A stretch of DNA of 64,000 bases from Eledone cirrhosa (GCA_964016885.1 OZ024746.1:84630001-84694000); one strand, 5' to 3'; counted from the stretch's first letter, positions 13,484 through 27,383 are shown. Program-made: numbers and translations. The notes: a model not told the origin generated them from the sequence alone.

Positions 13484-13900
13484 AGTGAAAGTGGTTGTGT
13501 GATGGACGAGGCTGAATCCCTCATCAACGTTTTCAATTTTCTCTTGGAAAGGAAGGTAAGGCTAGCCAGAGAAGTGCTGCTTCCCACTACATTTGCTAAA
13601 GGATGGGTGAATGTAACGAGAAAGATCCAAGTGAATGAGGCCTACCCTAACCGTGCACCTCTAGGCTGGCTCACTTGTAGGAGAGAAGAGTGTCCTCCCC
13701 GGATGGTTCAGGATTGGTGGGGCACCTGAGTCACTCCTGGGTGGTTGTCCCCCCACCCCGTTGGGGAATTTATATTATCATAATTTTCTTGTGGATTGGT
13801 ACTGTTTTTCATATTGTTTTATCGTTTTTTTTAAAAAACCTCTACTATCCCTCTCTTTTGTATTGTCCCCTACATGTAGGCCCTTTTGGCTAATAGAGAA
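13484..13900 (+). mobile_element. 3' remnant of an L1/Tx1-like LINE
   Basis: LINVFNFLLERKVRLAREVL...FAKGWV resembles the C-terminal segment of the 41230-42118 LINE; T-rich 3' UTR. Confidence 0.55.
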
Positions 13901-13942
13901 AGAGCTATTTTTATCATTATTATTATCGCTATTATTAATATC

Positions 13943-14160
13943 AAGGTGGTAGATTGGCAGTATCGGTTGAGTGTCAGACACCATGCTTTGCCGCATAAAG
14001 TTACGGCCCTTTATGATCTGAGTTCAAATCCCGCCGAGGTTAACTTTGCCTTTCATCCTTACGGGGTCGATAAAATAAAGTACCAGTAATGCACTGCAGT
14101 CGATTTAATCGACTCCCCCCCCCACAAATTACTGGCCTTGTGCCAATAGTAGAAACAATT
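13943..14160 (+). mobile_element. SINE A (long variant)
   Basis: Full consensus match with A/B boxes and an (ATT)n tail. Confidence 0.85.
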
Positions 14161-14655
14161 ATTATTATTATTGTTGTTGTTGTTGTTGTTGTTAAGTTGA
14201 TGTAAAAAGGCGATTGATTGACAGTACCGGTAGAACATTGGAAAAATGATTTGCGGCATTTAGTTACGACATTTTTCGTTCTGAGTTCAAATCCCGCCGA
14301 GTTTAACTTTGCCTTTCATCATTTCCGGGGTTGATACAATAAAGTATCAGTAAAATATTGGTGCCAATATAATCGATGTTTTCTTATTCCCAAATTATTG
14401 TCCTTGTGCCAATGTTACAAACAATTATTACAACGATACCGGAATAGCCGGAACCGAAGACAAATTGTATTGCAGTGTTTAGCCATGTTGTGTCTGGGGA
14501 AGTTGAAATAGCACTGCAATGTCCCCTTCATCTTCCGGGAGTCAATAAATTACAGAACCAAGCAGGATAATACTGTAAGTCGATCTAACATTAAATCCTT
14601 CCAAAAATTGAAATCAGCATCATCATCATCATCATCATTATTATCCTCCTCATTA

Positions 14656-14850
14656 AGGCGGTGGATTGGCAGTATCGGTAGAGGGTCGGACGCCATGCTT
14701 TGACGCATAGAGTTACGGCCCTTGCCATTCTGAGTTCAAATCCCGCCGAGGTTGACTTTGCCTTTCATCCTTAATGGGGTCGATAAAATAAAGTACCAGT
14801 AATGCACTGGGGGATAATTGCTGGCCTTGTGCCAAAAGTAGAAACAATTA
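14656..14850 (+). mobile_element. SINE A with TSD
   Basis: Full copy; ATTATTATCCTCCTCATTA is duplicated at both ends. Confidence 0.85.
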
Positions 14851-14971
14851 TTATCCTCCTCATTATCATCATCCCCATCATGATCATTGTCATAAACTTC
14901 GTCATCGTCATCGTCATCGTCCTAGACATCGTCGTCCTCGTCGTCGTCGGTACTCCTCCTCCTCCTCCTTC

Positions 14972-15018
<47 letters not shown>

Positions 15019-15270
15019 GTCCTAGACATCGTCGTCCTCCTCCTTCTCATCATCATCATCATCGTCATCGTCTTAGACATCGTCGTCGTCGTCGTCGGTC
15101 CTCCTCCTCCTCCTTCTCGTCATCATCGCCATCATCGTCATAGACTTCGTCATCGTCGATCCTCCTCCTCCTCCTCCTCATCATCATCATCATCATCATC
15201 ATTATTAACGTTTTCATCGATGTCGTCGTTGTCGCCACCACTACCCCAAACCTCCACCACCATCATTGTC

Positions 15271-17670
15271 TTCCCCCATCACCACCTTCTCCTCCCCAAC
15301 ACCACCACCTTCTCCTCCCCACCACCACCTTCTCCTCCCCATCACCACCTTCTCCTCCCCAACACCACCTTCTCCTCCCCACCACCACCTTCTCCTCCCC
15401 ACCACCACCTTCTCCTCCCCATCACCACCTTCTCCTCCCCAACACTACCTCTCCTCCCCACCACCACCTCCTCCTCCCCACCACCACCTTCTCCTCCCCA
15501 CCACCACCTTCTCCTCCCCACCACCACCTTCTCCTCCCCAACACCACCTTCTCCTCCCCAGCACCACCTTCTCCTCCCCAACACCACCTTCTCCTCCCCA
15601 ACACCACCTCCTCCTCCCCACCACCACCTTCTCCTCCCCACCACCACCTTCTCCTCCCCAACACCACCTTCTCCTCCCCACCACCACCTTCTCCTCCCCA
15701 TCACCACCTTCTCCTCCCCACCACCACCTTCTCCTCCCCACCACCACCTTCTCCTCCCCACCACCACCTTCTCCTCCCCAACACCACCTTCTCCTCCCCA
15801 CCACCACCTTCTCCTCCCCACCACCACCTTCTCCTCCCCACCACCACCTCCTCCTCCCCACCACCACCTTCTCCTCCCCACCACCACCTTCTCCTCCCCA
15901 CCACCACCTTCTCCTCCCCACCACCACCTTCTCCTCCCCACCACCACCTTCTCCTCCCCACCACCACCTTCTCCTCCCCACCACCACCTTCTCCTCCCCA
16001 CCACCACCTTCTCCTCCCCACCACCACCTTCTCCTCCCCAACACCACCTTCTCCTCCCCACCACCACCTTCTCCTCCCCACCACCACCTTCTCCTCCCCA
16101 CCACCACCTTCTCCTCCCCAACACCACCTTCTCCTCCCCACCACCACCTTCTCCTCCCCACCACCACCTTCTCCTCCCCACCACCACCTTCTCCTCCCCA
16201 ACACCACCTTCTCCTCCCCATCACCACCTTCTCCTCCCCACCACCACCTTCTCCTCCCCACCACCACCTTCTCCTCCCCACCACCACCTTCTCCTCCCCA
16301 CCACCACCTTCTCCTCCCTACCACCACCTTCTCCTCCCCAACACCACCTTCTCCTCCCCACCACCACCTTCTCCTCCCCACCACCACCTTCTCCTCCCCA
16401 CCACCACCTTCTCCTCCCCACCACCACCTTCTCCTCCCCACCACCACCTTCTCCTCCCCACCACCACCTTCTCCTCCCCACCACCACCTTCTCCTCCCCA
16501 CCACCACCTTCTCCTCCCCAACACCACCTTCTCCTCCCCATCACCACCTTCTCCTCCCCACCACCACCTTCTCCTCCCCACCACCACCTCCTCCTCCCCA
16601 CCACCACCTTCTCCTCCCCACCACCACCTTCTCCTCCCCACCACCACCTTCTCCTCCCCAACACCACCTTCTCCTCCCCATCACCACCTTCTCCTCCCCA
16701 CCACCACCTTCTCCTCCCCACCACCACCTTCTCCTCCCTACCACCACCTTCTCCTCCCCAACACCACCTTCTCCTCCCCACCACCACCTTCTCCTCCCCA
16801 CCACCACCTTCTCCTCCCCACCACCACCTCCTCCTCCCCACCACCACCTTCTCCTCCCCACCACCACCTCCTCCTCCCCAGCACCACCTTCTCCTCCCCA
16901 CCACCACCTTCTCCTCCCCACCACCACCTCCTCCTCCCCACCACCACCTTCTCCTCCCCACCACCACCTTCTCCTCCCTACCACCACCTTCTCCTCCCCA
17001 ACACCACCTTCTCCTCCCCACCACCACCTTCTCCTCCCCACCACCACCTTCTCCTCCCCACCACCACCTCCTCCTCCCCACCACCACCTTCTCCTCCCCA
17101 ACACTACCTCTCCTCCCCACCACCACCTCCTCCTCCCCACCACCACCTTCTCCTCCCCAACACTACCTCTCCTCCCCACCACCACCTTCTCCTCCCCACC
17201 ACCACCTTCTCCTCCCCACCACCACCTTCTCCTCCCCACCACCACCTCCTCCTCCCCACCACCACCTTCTCCTCCCCAACACTACCTCTCCTCCCCACCA
17301 CCACCTCCTCCTCCCCACCACCACCTTCTCCTCCCCAACACTACCTCTCCTCCCCACCACCACCTTCTCCTCCCCACCACCACCTTCTCCTCCCTACCAC
17401 CACCTTCTCCTCCCCAACACTACCTCTCCTCCCCACCACCACCTCCTCCTCCCCACCACCACCTTCTCCTCCCCACCACCACCTTCTCCTCCCCACCACC
17501 ACCTTCTCCTCCCCACCACCACCTCCTCCTCCCCACCACCACCTTCTCCTCCCCAACACTACCTCTCCTCCCCACCACCACCTTCTCCTCCCCAACACTA
17601 CCTCTCCTCCCCAACACCACCTTCTCCTCCCCAACACCACCTTCTCCTCCCCAACACCATCTCCTCCCCC
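15271..17670. repeat. 20-bp minisatellite (CCACCACCTTCTCCTCCCCA)n, about 120 units
   Basis: Periodicity is visible directly. The long Pro/His-rich and Gly/Trp-rich ORFs are translations of this repeat. Confidence 0.97.
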
Positions 17671-17864
17671 CTACTAATACTACTAACACCACATTTTTAT
17701 TTTCTAAAAAATATAAGAAAAGAAAGAACAGATCCCCTTAAATTATCATTTGCCAATTAAGGTGACCCCCGAAACTATCATCATTTTTGTCACATCTACT
17801 TAACCCCTGAACCCTTTCAGCATGTTAGAGAAGAGAACGAGGGTGGGCGAGAGAGAGGTGTGTG

Positions 17865-17922
<58 letters not shown>

Positions 17923-17973
17923 CTATATATTTATATATATATATTTATATATATATATATTTATATATATATA

Positions 17974-18081
<108 letters not shown>

Positions 18082-18094
18082 TATATATATAAAT

Positions 18095-18140
<46 letters not shown>

Positions 18141-18177
18141 ATACTTTGGGAGGGTCATGTTGCCAAATTCAGAAACG

Positions 18178-18352
<175 letters not shown>

Positions 18353-18353
18353 G

Positions 18354-18392
<39 letters not shown>

Positions 18393-18780
18393 TAGAGCGA
18401 GAGGGAGAAGGTGTGAAGATGTGAGCTTGAATAGAAAAGATGGTGTTGAGAATCACTGTCGGAGAGACAAGGTGAAAGAAATATATGGTATTGAGGAAGA
18501 GACGTGGGTAAAAGTAGGAGAGAGGAAATGAGGGTGGGTGAGGAATATGATAAAGAGGAAGGTGAAAAAGAGAAGAGTGTAGACAGACAGGTGTGTGAAA
18601 AGGGGGGGGGGAGAAAGAGAGTAGAGTGAGGGATGGTGAAACTAGACCGAGCCATTATCACTCATACTTGCATCATTCCACACACACACACATACATATA
18701 CTATATACTCACAAGCAAAAACACACACACACAAATGTTAGCGCATAAAGTGTAGGCAAATAAAAATATGCTCTATTAAC

Positions 18781-18829
<49 letters not shown>

Positions 18830-19168
18830 AAACACACACACGAAAACACACACACAGACACATACACACACACACTCATACACACACACATATACACTCA
18901 CACAATAAAAGTTTATACGCACGCGTTCGCAAACAATACAAGCACACATACACACATAAATAAATACAATCATACATACATACACACATACATACATACA
19001 TATATACATACATACGTAGACAATACAGGCATACACATACAAACACAGACAGTATAAACACATGCATACACACAATCAATACAGGCATATATATACACAC
19101 GCAGACAATACAGGCAGACATACATTCACGTAAACAATACAGCAATACAGGCACCCCCTCCCTCTCTT

Positions 19169-19215
<47 letters not shown>

Positions 19216-19837
19216 ATGCTCACACATACAAAGAGACCAGTAATTTGTCATGGCTAGAAGGATTCGCTGGGCACCACTGAAGTGCTTTCGTTCTAGAAAT
19301 TTTCTGATCTTGACCCTGACGTGATCTTTGACAATGATGAACTCAGAAGAGCCTTTGCGTTTTTTTTACTCTTTCTGAACAGTTGCCTTGCAGTGATAAA
19401 TTGCAGTTTCTACAACAGCATTGACATGTGCATGCATATACCTGCATATGCCTGCATATACGCACTAGATTTACCTCACATTGTTATATATTGTTTTAGT
19501 GTTATTGTTGGATCTCCGTCGAGTTTCACGATGAGTGTTTTAGTTTTCAGTTGTTTGATCAACGGAAGAGCCTCCGTGTTCGTGAAATTAGCGTGCAAGT
19601 GGCTGAACGTTTCATAGACTTACGTACCTTTTACGTAATTCTCAGGAAGATTCAGCGTGACGCTGTGTGAGACAAGACTGGTGTTCTGTACAATAACATA
19701 CAACTCATTCTTACCATCTGAATAGACTGGAGCCCGTCTTCACACATTGGTATCTTATCCCCACCCACACATCCACACCCACACACACATTCACACCCAC
19801 ACTCACCACCACACGCACACACATACGCACTCACATA

Positions 19838-20061
19838 CGAGGATCAGCTGAAAAGTTCATACGCTTAAAATTCCATAGGCTGACCAACCAAGATAATCTC
19901 TTGGAATGACCAAGCGAGGTTGATTTTTCAACATAGTCTCTGAAAAGAAACGATGCAGGTGTTAAGAAGAAGAGTTGAAATTAACGCATCAAGCTTTATT
20001 TCGCAGCTCTTGCATAATTCCTTAGTTCTAGGTAGCCTATGAATTTTGCAGCCGACCCTCA
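19838..20061. mobile_element. Mariner-type MITE
   Basis: TA-CGAGGATCAGCTGAAAAGTTCATACGCT ... AGCCTATGAATTTTGCAGCCGACCCTCA-TA. Confidence 0.7.
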
Positions 20062-20425
20062 TACACGCACATAAATGTTTGTATTCAGATATATGCATTG
20101 ATTTGCCTTGTCACAAAAGCAAGAAACTCGTAATAGCGACAGATTAATTCCCTATCTCATGATCAAAATGAACATGTATATATATGGTATATATATATAT
20201 AATATACACACACACACACATATATATATATTTATATATACACATATACATATTATACGCTTAAAGCTGTCTTATTGCTTCAGCCAATTAATTATAACCA
20301 TCCGAGTTGGTACTATATGCAAATGAGCATTTCCAGTCAATGTTTTCTATATGATATATGGAAATAAACATCACGCAAAATTTATATACGCTTTCGTCTT
20401 ACTTCCATGACGGTACCGGTTCATT

Positions 20426-20478
20426 GAATGTCGCTGATGAGGGATCAACGAATCTTGAAACAACGTACTCTGGCATTC
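20426..20478 (+). ncRNA. Hammerhead ribozyme (stem III degenerate) in a terminally redundant element (20252-20630)
   Basis: GAATGTCG-CTGATGA-GGGAT caacga ATCTT-GAAA-caacgtac-TC-TGGCATTC. Both element ends carry TACGCTTAA(A/C)GCTGTCTTA. Confidence 0.65.
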
Positions 20479-20952
20479 TTGATTTCTACTGACATCTGTA
20501 CTCTGTTCTCGGAGAAAAGAGAGAAATTTCATTTTCTCTTTGATAGCGAGGGTCCCACATGTTTATTGTATATAAATATATAGTATATGCTTCCATATTA
20601 CGCTTAACGCTGTCTTAGTGCTACTACCAATATATATAGCAAAAAATATCCATGGATGTAAAGAAGGAAAAACAGTGCTCGATCTAGTGTGAGAGCTGCC
20701 ATATTATTATTTCATATTCATACACAGAACAAGAAGGCGTTACCTTAGGTTTCAAGATCCAGTTAGAACCATCACTCCAAATTGGGCACGGTGGTTTAGG
20801 ACCGTTCAAAGCTGTGACATAGTCATCAGGCTTCGATGACTAGGTCATAGCTTTGATCACTCCTCCATGCAGGAGTGATCATAGGAGATGACTATAACTG
20901 GACATAAAAACCTAAAGTAACTCTATCTTGTTCTGTGTATGAACATAAATAA

Positions 20953-20991
<39 letters not shown>

Positions 20992-21039
20992 TCTGCCTTA
21001 AGCCAGAAGTCTCGTTTGGCCGGTGCTTATCTCGGTCTC

Positions 21040-21253
21040 ATGGCGGGAAGCGACTGAGAGTACAATACTCCCTCCTGGACAGGACGCCAGTCCATCGCAG
21101 GGTTTAACCCCCAGCTATTGCTGGTACTCCTTTTCAGCTGAGTATACTGGAGCAACGTTAAATGAAGTATTTTGCTCAAGAACACAACACGCAATCCAGG
21201 AATCGAACATACGGCAGTATTATCGTAAGTCCAACACCCTTACACTAGGCCAC
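21040..21253 (-). mobile_element. tRNA-derived SINE (family B related)
   Basis: Minus strand has B-box GTTCGATTCC and a GTGTTCTTGAGCAA body with a distinct 3' part. Confidence 0.6.
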
Positions 21254-21282
21254 GTATGTATATGCATATATATATATATATA

Positions 21283-21317
<35 letters not shown>

Positions 21318-21409
21318 TCATAAATCATACATTCATACATATACATACGTACATACATGCACACAAACATACATACATACATACATACATACATACATAC
21401 ATACATACA

Positions 21410-21442
<33 letters not shown>

Positions 21443-21639
21443 GTGCGCATGTGTGTGTGACAGCCAGCCTCTTAGCTCTGCCCACTGCCGCCTCCTACTT
21501 TGTAGACATGATGTGAGTGAAACAACATAGATCAATTGTGATAACAATTAGCTGTTATAACGACTTCCGTTAATTACAAATGATAACTTGAGTCGTGGTT
21601 GCACCTATTAAAGATATAGAGTTACATAGATTGAGTGAG

Positions 21640-22960
21640 TTTGTGTTGTGGTGCTGGTGGTGGTAATGGTTGTAGTGTTGGTAGTAGTTGTGATGGTGGT
21701 GGTAATGGTTGTGGTGTTGGTCGTAGTTGTAATAGTTGTGGTGGTGGTAATGGTTGTGGTGTTGGTAGTAGTTGTGATGGAGGTGGTGGTTGTGATGGTG
21801 CGGTGTTGGTAGTAGTTGTGATGGAGGTGGTGGTTGTGATGGTGCGGTGTTGGTAGTAGTTGTGATGGAGGTGGTGGTTGTGATGGTGGTTGTGGTGGTA
21901 GTAGTTGTGATGGAGGTGGTGGTTGTGATGGTGGTTGTGGTGGTAGTAGTTGTGATAGTTGTGGTAATGGTTGTGGTGTTGGTAGTAGTTGTGATAGTTG
22001 TGGTAATGCTGCGGTGTTGGTAGTAGTTGTGATGGTGGTGGTGGTTGTGATGGTGCGGTGTTGGTAGTAGTTGTGATGGTGGTGGTGGTTGTGATGGTGG
22101 TTGTGGTGGTAGTAGTTGTGATAGTTGTGGTGGTGGTAATGCTGCGGTGTTGGTAGTAGTTGTGATGGTGGTGGTGGTTGTGATGGTGGTTGTGGTGGTA
22201 GTAATGCTGCGGTGTTGGTAGTGGTTGTAGTGGTGGAAGTGATGCTAGTGGTGGTGGTGGTAGAGGTTGTGGTGGTGGTGGTTGTGATGGTGGTGGTGGT
22301 GGTAGTAATGCTGCGGTGTCGGTAGTAGTTGTGATGGAAGTGGCGGCGGTGGTGGCGGTGGTGGTGGTGGTGGTGGTGCTTGTAGTGCTGTTGCAGTGTT
22401 GGTAGTAGTTGTGATGGTAGTGGAAGTAGTGGCTGTGGTGTTAGCGGTTGTTGTGGTGGTGGAAGTGGTGCTAGTGGCGGTTGTGGTGGGGGTGGGTGTT
22501 GTTGTGGTGGTAGTAATGCTGTGGTGTTGGTAGTGGTTGTGATGGTAGTGGAAGTGGCGGCGGCAGCGGTGGTGGTGGTGGTGGTGGTGGTGGTGGTGGT
22601 GGTTGTAGTGCTGTTGCGGTGTTGGTAGTAGTTGTGATGGTAGTAGAAGTGGTGGTTGCATTAGCACCACCACTACTACCAACATTAACATCACTACCAC
22701 CACCACCACCACCACCACCACAACCACCACCACCACCACCACCACCACCACCACCATCACCACCACCACCACCACCACCACCATCACTACCACCACCACC
22801 ACCACCACCACCACCATCACCACCACCACTACCACCACCACCACCACCACCATCACTACCACCACCACCACCACCACCACCACCACCATCACCACCACCA
22901 CTACCACCACCACCACCACCATCACTACCACCACCACCACCACCACCACCAAGACTACCA
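21640..22960. repeat. Compound (GGT)n-rich then (CCA)n-rich low-complexity array
   Basis: GT-rich 21640-22658, CA-rich 22665-22960. Confidence 0.9.
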
Positions 22961-23081
22961 CAATGCATTATAAGATACGCCAGTACGAGATACGCCATTT
23001 TATGGTGACAGTAGAGAAGTCTTTGGACAGGAGATCTTCTCGATCAGACTTGACCTGAAGCTTAAACAACTACAGTAATAA

Positions 23082-23261
23082 CTGTTTCTACTTTAGGCAC
23101 AAGGCCAGCAATTACCCAGTTCATTACTGGTACTTTATTTTATCGACTCCGTAAGGATGAAAGGCAAAGTTAACCTCGACGGGATTTGAACTCAGATTGT
23201 AAAGGGACGTAACTGTGGTGGAAAGCATGGCGTCCGACCCTCTACCGATACTGCCAATCCA
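23082..23261 (-). mobile_element. SINE A
   Basis: Consensus match. Confidence 0.85.
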
Positions 23262-23371
23262 TAACACTAGTAAGAGGGTTTAGAAATTAAGGAGTGTAGG
23301 TGAGTATACATCAGTGAGGAGAGAAACAAACCTTTTTCATTTATCTGTTGGAGTCTAGGATCTCTCTCTCC

Positions 23372-23489
<118 letters not shown>

Positions 23490-23593
23490 GGTGAAGTTGG
23501 AAATACCACGGAAAATATATTTAAGGGTCTGTTTTTCTCTTTTTATCCTTTCTTTGATTCGTCAAAGTGACATTATTGAAAAGATAACATTAG

Positions 23594-23786
23594 GGTGGTG
23601 GATTGGCAGTATGGGTAGAGGGTCGGACGTCATGCTTTGACGCATAGAGTTATTGCCCTTTCCATTCTGAGTTCAAATCCCGCCGAAGTCAACTTTGCCT
23701 TTCATCCTTACAGGGGTCGATAAAATAAAGTACCAGTAATGTACTGGGATAATTGCTGGCCTTGTGCCAAAAGTAGAAACAATTAT
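23594..23786 (+). mobile_element. SINE A
   Basis: Consensus match. Confidence 0.85.
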
Positions 23787-23981
23787 TGAAAAAATGAGAC
23801 GGACGATTCTTTAAAAAAAAAAGTTTTATAATGTAAATAAAGTATATAAACTATTTCCAACTTCACCTTTTCTCTATAGAAGGTAAGGAGACACAAACAA
23901 GAGGTGGACAGTCTCCCTTCGTCATATATATATATATATATATAATATAAGATCAAAAGATGGTTAAAGGAGTTCCATATA

Positions 23982-24048
23982 TTTTATTATGCGCATTTCA
24001 AAAACAAACATCATCAAGCAATAATATTTGTGTTTTCATCAGATAAAA
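23982..24048 (-). ncRNA. Minimal type-I hammerhead inside a 37-bp inverted repeat (23942-23978 / 24061-24097)
   Basis: Minus strand: UUUUAU-CUGAUGA-AAACAC...GUUUGUUUUU-GAAA-UGCGCA-UA^-AUAAAA; palindromic stem III. Confidence 0.75.
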
Positions 24049-24183
24049 CAGGAGAACATGATGGAACTCCTTTAACCATCTTTTGATCTTATATTATGCA
24101 TACTCCAGTCCCACAAACTGTAGAGTGCTTCTTATCCGATATCTGCATTGCTTTATTGTACTACAATAAAACTCACCTCCTAC

Positions 24184-24312
<129 letters not shown>

Positions 24313-24589
24313 TGTGTCTGTGTCTGTCTTTCTGTTCCAAATATCGACACACACTCAGATAAGTCTATATAATTGTGTTCTGTCTTTACCATCTTCGCGC
24401 GAGCTAGTTTACTTTATCTCCTCTGTTTCGCTGTCTTTCGAGATCTTCCTACAAAATCTTTCGGTAGCCCCAAGCAGATGAAAGATGAAGTAAACTGTTT
24501 CCCCACCTCTGCCCATTCACTCACAACAACCACTATTTTCAAAACTCCATAGTCAGGTAGGTAGATAGATAAATAGACAGATAGATAGA

Positions 24590-25135
24590 TAAATTGATAT
24601 GTTTCTTTATTAGCCACAGGGGCACAAAAGAAGGGGACAAATACAAAGGGGAAGTTTACATACAATAAAAACGTGTAAAATATTATCACAAATGCAATTT
24701 AAAAATTAATCGATTTTCCCCAATAGGAGGAGACATTACCTATGGGTAACACATACCCCCGAAAAAAAAATGTGCAACCCTCATCTCCAGGAGTACGAAG
24801 AGTTTGTACTCCTTTCCTCTCCTCCTCTTATTCCTCAACCTACAGGCTGATATAGAGAGAAGGCCCATTCACTCGGGCCATTCTCGCCACTTACACCCAC
24901 CTTTCATAAAACTTGCTGGGGTACAGCACCTCTCTCTCCATCCTGATTCTTCTTCCAAAGTGGTATTTGAAAAAAAGAATCAGTTTTTGGCCGGAGAGAA
25001 AGGTGTCTGACCTCAGCCCTTTCAACCTTGTCCACAATACAACCTCTTTCGCCATAGCTATCACACAAAGGAATACCGCCTCTCCTTCGTTTTTGAAGGA
25101 GGGTGGCGCTTTGATCATGACAATGGACTCGCTAG
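24590..25135 (-). mobile_element. 3' remnant of an L1/Tx1-like LINE
   Basis: APPSFKNEGEAVFLCVIAMAKEVVLWTRLKGL is homologous to 41625-41730; 3' end CCTGTGGCTAATAAAGAAAC. Confidence 0.7.
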
Positions 25136-25411
25136 ATAGATAGATAGGATAAGATAGGATGAGTCTTTAAACGTAGGCCAATAAGACATTACGGAAAGAA
25201 CTAAAGAGATCACCATGAGCAGTGGTTCGTTATACAGGCAATGAGACCCTGCAGCGTAATACGAAGTCGCTACCGATGTGTAAACCAATCGAGATGGGAG
25301 CACACGTGCTGCTTAGCGAATAACTTTAAGGCTATGACCATTACTCAGATTAGCGAAGGAAAATTTAATGATAAAAAAAATAGCTAGCTATTATGTGTGT
25401 GTGTATGTATG

Positions 25412-25504
<93 letters not shown>

Positions 25505-25619
25505 GTAATCGGAGTTTTTCGAATATTAATAATAACATTCGATTCGTTTGCAATTATGCAAACAAGCCTCAATTTTATAGCCATGTCAGCAGAACGAACA
25601 CTTCATTCTTGCTCTTGTG

Positions 25620-25699
25620 TTGGCATGTGAACAGAACTGCAGACACTAATATTTCTGGGTATCACCCTTCATCAGTATAGCTCACTGTTCACCTGCCAA
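25620..25699 (-). ncRNA. Type-I hammerhead with an extended stem I
   Basis: Minus strand: GAGCUAUA-CUGAUGA-A-GGGU gau ACCC-A-GAAA-UAUUAGUG-UC^-UGCAGUUC. Stem I extends as GGCAGGUGAACAG/CUGUUCACAUGCC. The tail at 25501-25555 is homologous to 1821-1875. Confidence 0.7.
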
Positions 25700-25877
25700 A
25701 CTGTCAGAGCTAGTGAAAATATATGGTATTTTCATCAAAAATACACAGTGACTGATCGGATCTGTTCGGATCTAGCTGTCGAGACGGCCGGAGCTCAGCC
25801 GTCGGGGTCCTGACTCTTTTCCGATATATATATATATATCAAGTAAGAATATTTTCGAAACAGCGAGTTGGTTTGAA

Positions 25878-26100
25878 ATTATTAGAAATGTTAGCTATCG
25901 CCGTATTTTGACTAAAGAAATTAAAGAAATTATTTAGCCTGATAGTGGGGTGAAGAACCCTCGGAGAAATGGAAAAAGATGAGTATGTACGTCAATACTC
26001 ATCTTTTTCCATTTCTCCGAGGGTTCTTAACCCCACTATCAGGCTAAATAATTTCTTTAATTTCTTTAGTCAAAATACGGCGATAGCTAACATTTCTAAT

Positions 26101-26103
<3 letters not shown>
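25878..26103. repeat. 109-bp-arm fold-back palindrome in TA context
   Basis: Arms 25878-25986 / 25995-26103 with 1 mismatch and an 8-nt spacer. A fragment of the same sequence lies at 30140-30188. Confidence 0.92.
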
Positions 26104-26136
<33 letters not shown>

Positions 26137-26232
26137 GTGTGTGTGTGTGTGTATGCGTGTGTGTGTGTGTGTATACACACACACACACACATATATATAT
26201 ATACATGTGTGTGTGTGTGTGTGTGTGTGTAT

Positions 26233-26266
<34 letters not shown>

Positions 26267-26455
26267 CATATGTGTGTGTATATAAACACACATACATTTA
26301 CAGGGTATACACACTTTGATTACCTCTACAGGCAATATTTATTAGAATGCTGTGTATACATTTCTGGGGGGACTCTCATTATACTCTCAGTCTTAGGTAT
26401 GTGTATGAGGGACTCTACTCTACTTTCTCTACTTCCCCGTCGTATTTTCATTTCC

Positions 26456-26670
26456 AACGATGTTGCCAACAATGATCTTGAGCTCCTGATTACCGTGGTA
26501 CCTGGAGATGAAGCATGGGTGTACATATACGACCCGGAAATGAAAGCTCCGTCATCACACTGGAAGCATGCTGCCCCGGTATGGTTCCCAAGAGCGTGTC
26601 AGATTCAGAGCAAAATCAAGGTGATACAGACTGTTTTCTGTAACTACCAAGACACTGTGCAATACTTGAT
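26456..26670 (+). pseudogene. Mariner (DD34D-type) transposase fragment
   Basis: LLITVVPGDEAWVYIYDPEMKAPSSHWKH...SKIKVIQTVFCNY matches the mariner motif ITGDETWVYxYDPETKxQSSxWKH...SKxKVMLTVFFD. Confidence 0.85.
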
Positions 26671-26839
26671 GACAAAATTAAGACCCATTCTGGAAGAATC
26701 ATTCCTGACGAGCTTTGTTAAGTGTGGCGAAACCCATAAGGCCTACCTCGGAGGCGATTAGCAACTGAACCCCACTACTAGCATAGAGTGCTAATATTGC
26801 TACCTTCCCTAGTAAACCACTTGACTACTGAATCCCCCA

Positions 26840-26929
<90 letters not shown>

Positions 26930-27021
26930 CACACATACATACATATGTAAATATGCTTACACGCAATATCATTTAATCCCACAAACATGTTACTAACCAC
27001 TTATTATTTAGAGAAAGAAAA

Positions 27022-27213
27022 GGGCGGTGGATTGGCAGTATCGGTAGAGCGTCGGACGCCATGCTTTGCAGCATAGAGTTACGGTCCCTTACGGTCTGAG
27101 TTTAAATCCCGCCGAGGTTAACTTTGCCTTTCATCCTTACGGGGTCGATAAAATAAAGTACCAGTAATACACTGGGTAATTGCTGGCCTTGTGCCAAAAG
27201 TAGAAACAATTAT
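27022..27213 (+). mobile_element. SINE A with ~17-bp TSD
   Basis: TTATTTAGAGAAAGAAA on both sides. Confidence 0.9.
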
Positions 27214-27383
27214 TTAGAGAAAGAAAGGGATGACTCACTTAACTTAAAAAACAATTTCCAACTATATAAATTCTAAGCAAATATATATATTTGTGCTACG
27301 AGGTAGTTATGAAACATTTGTTGTTGTTTATGTTGCTACTGTTGTTGTTGTCATCCTCGTCGTTGTCGTCGTCATCGTCGGCG

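Noticed and set aside
15220-17760. 846-aa and 803-aa Pro/His-rich ORFs (extensin-like)
   Set aside because: Translation of a 20-bp minisatellite; the period is not a multiple of 3 and several frames are open; no unique coding sequence.
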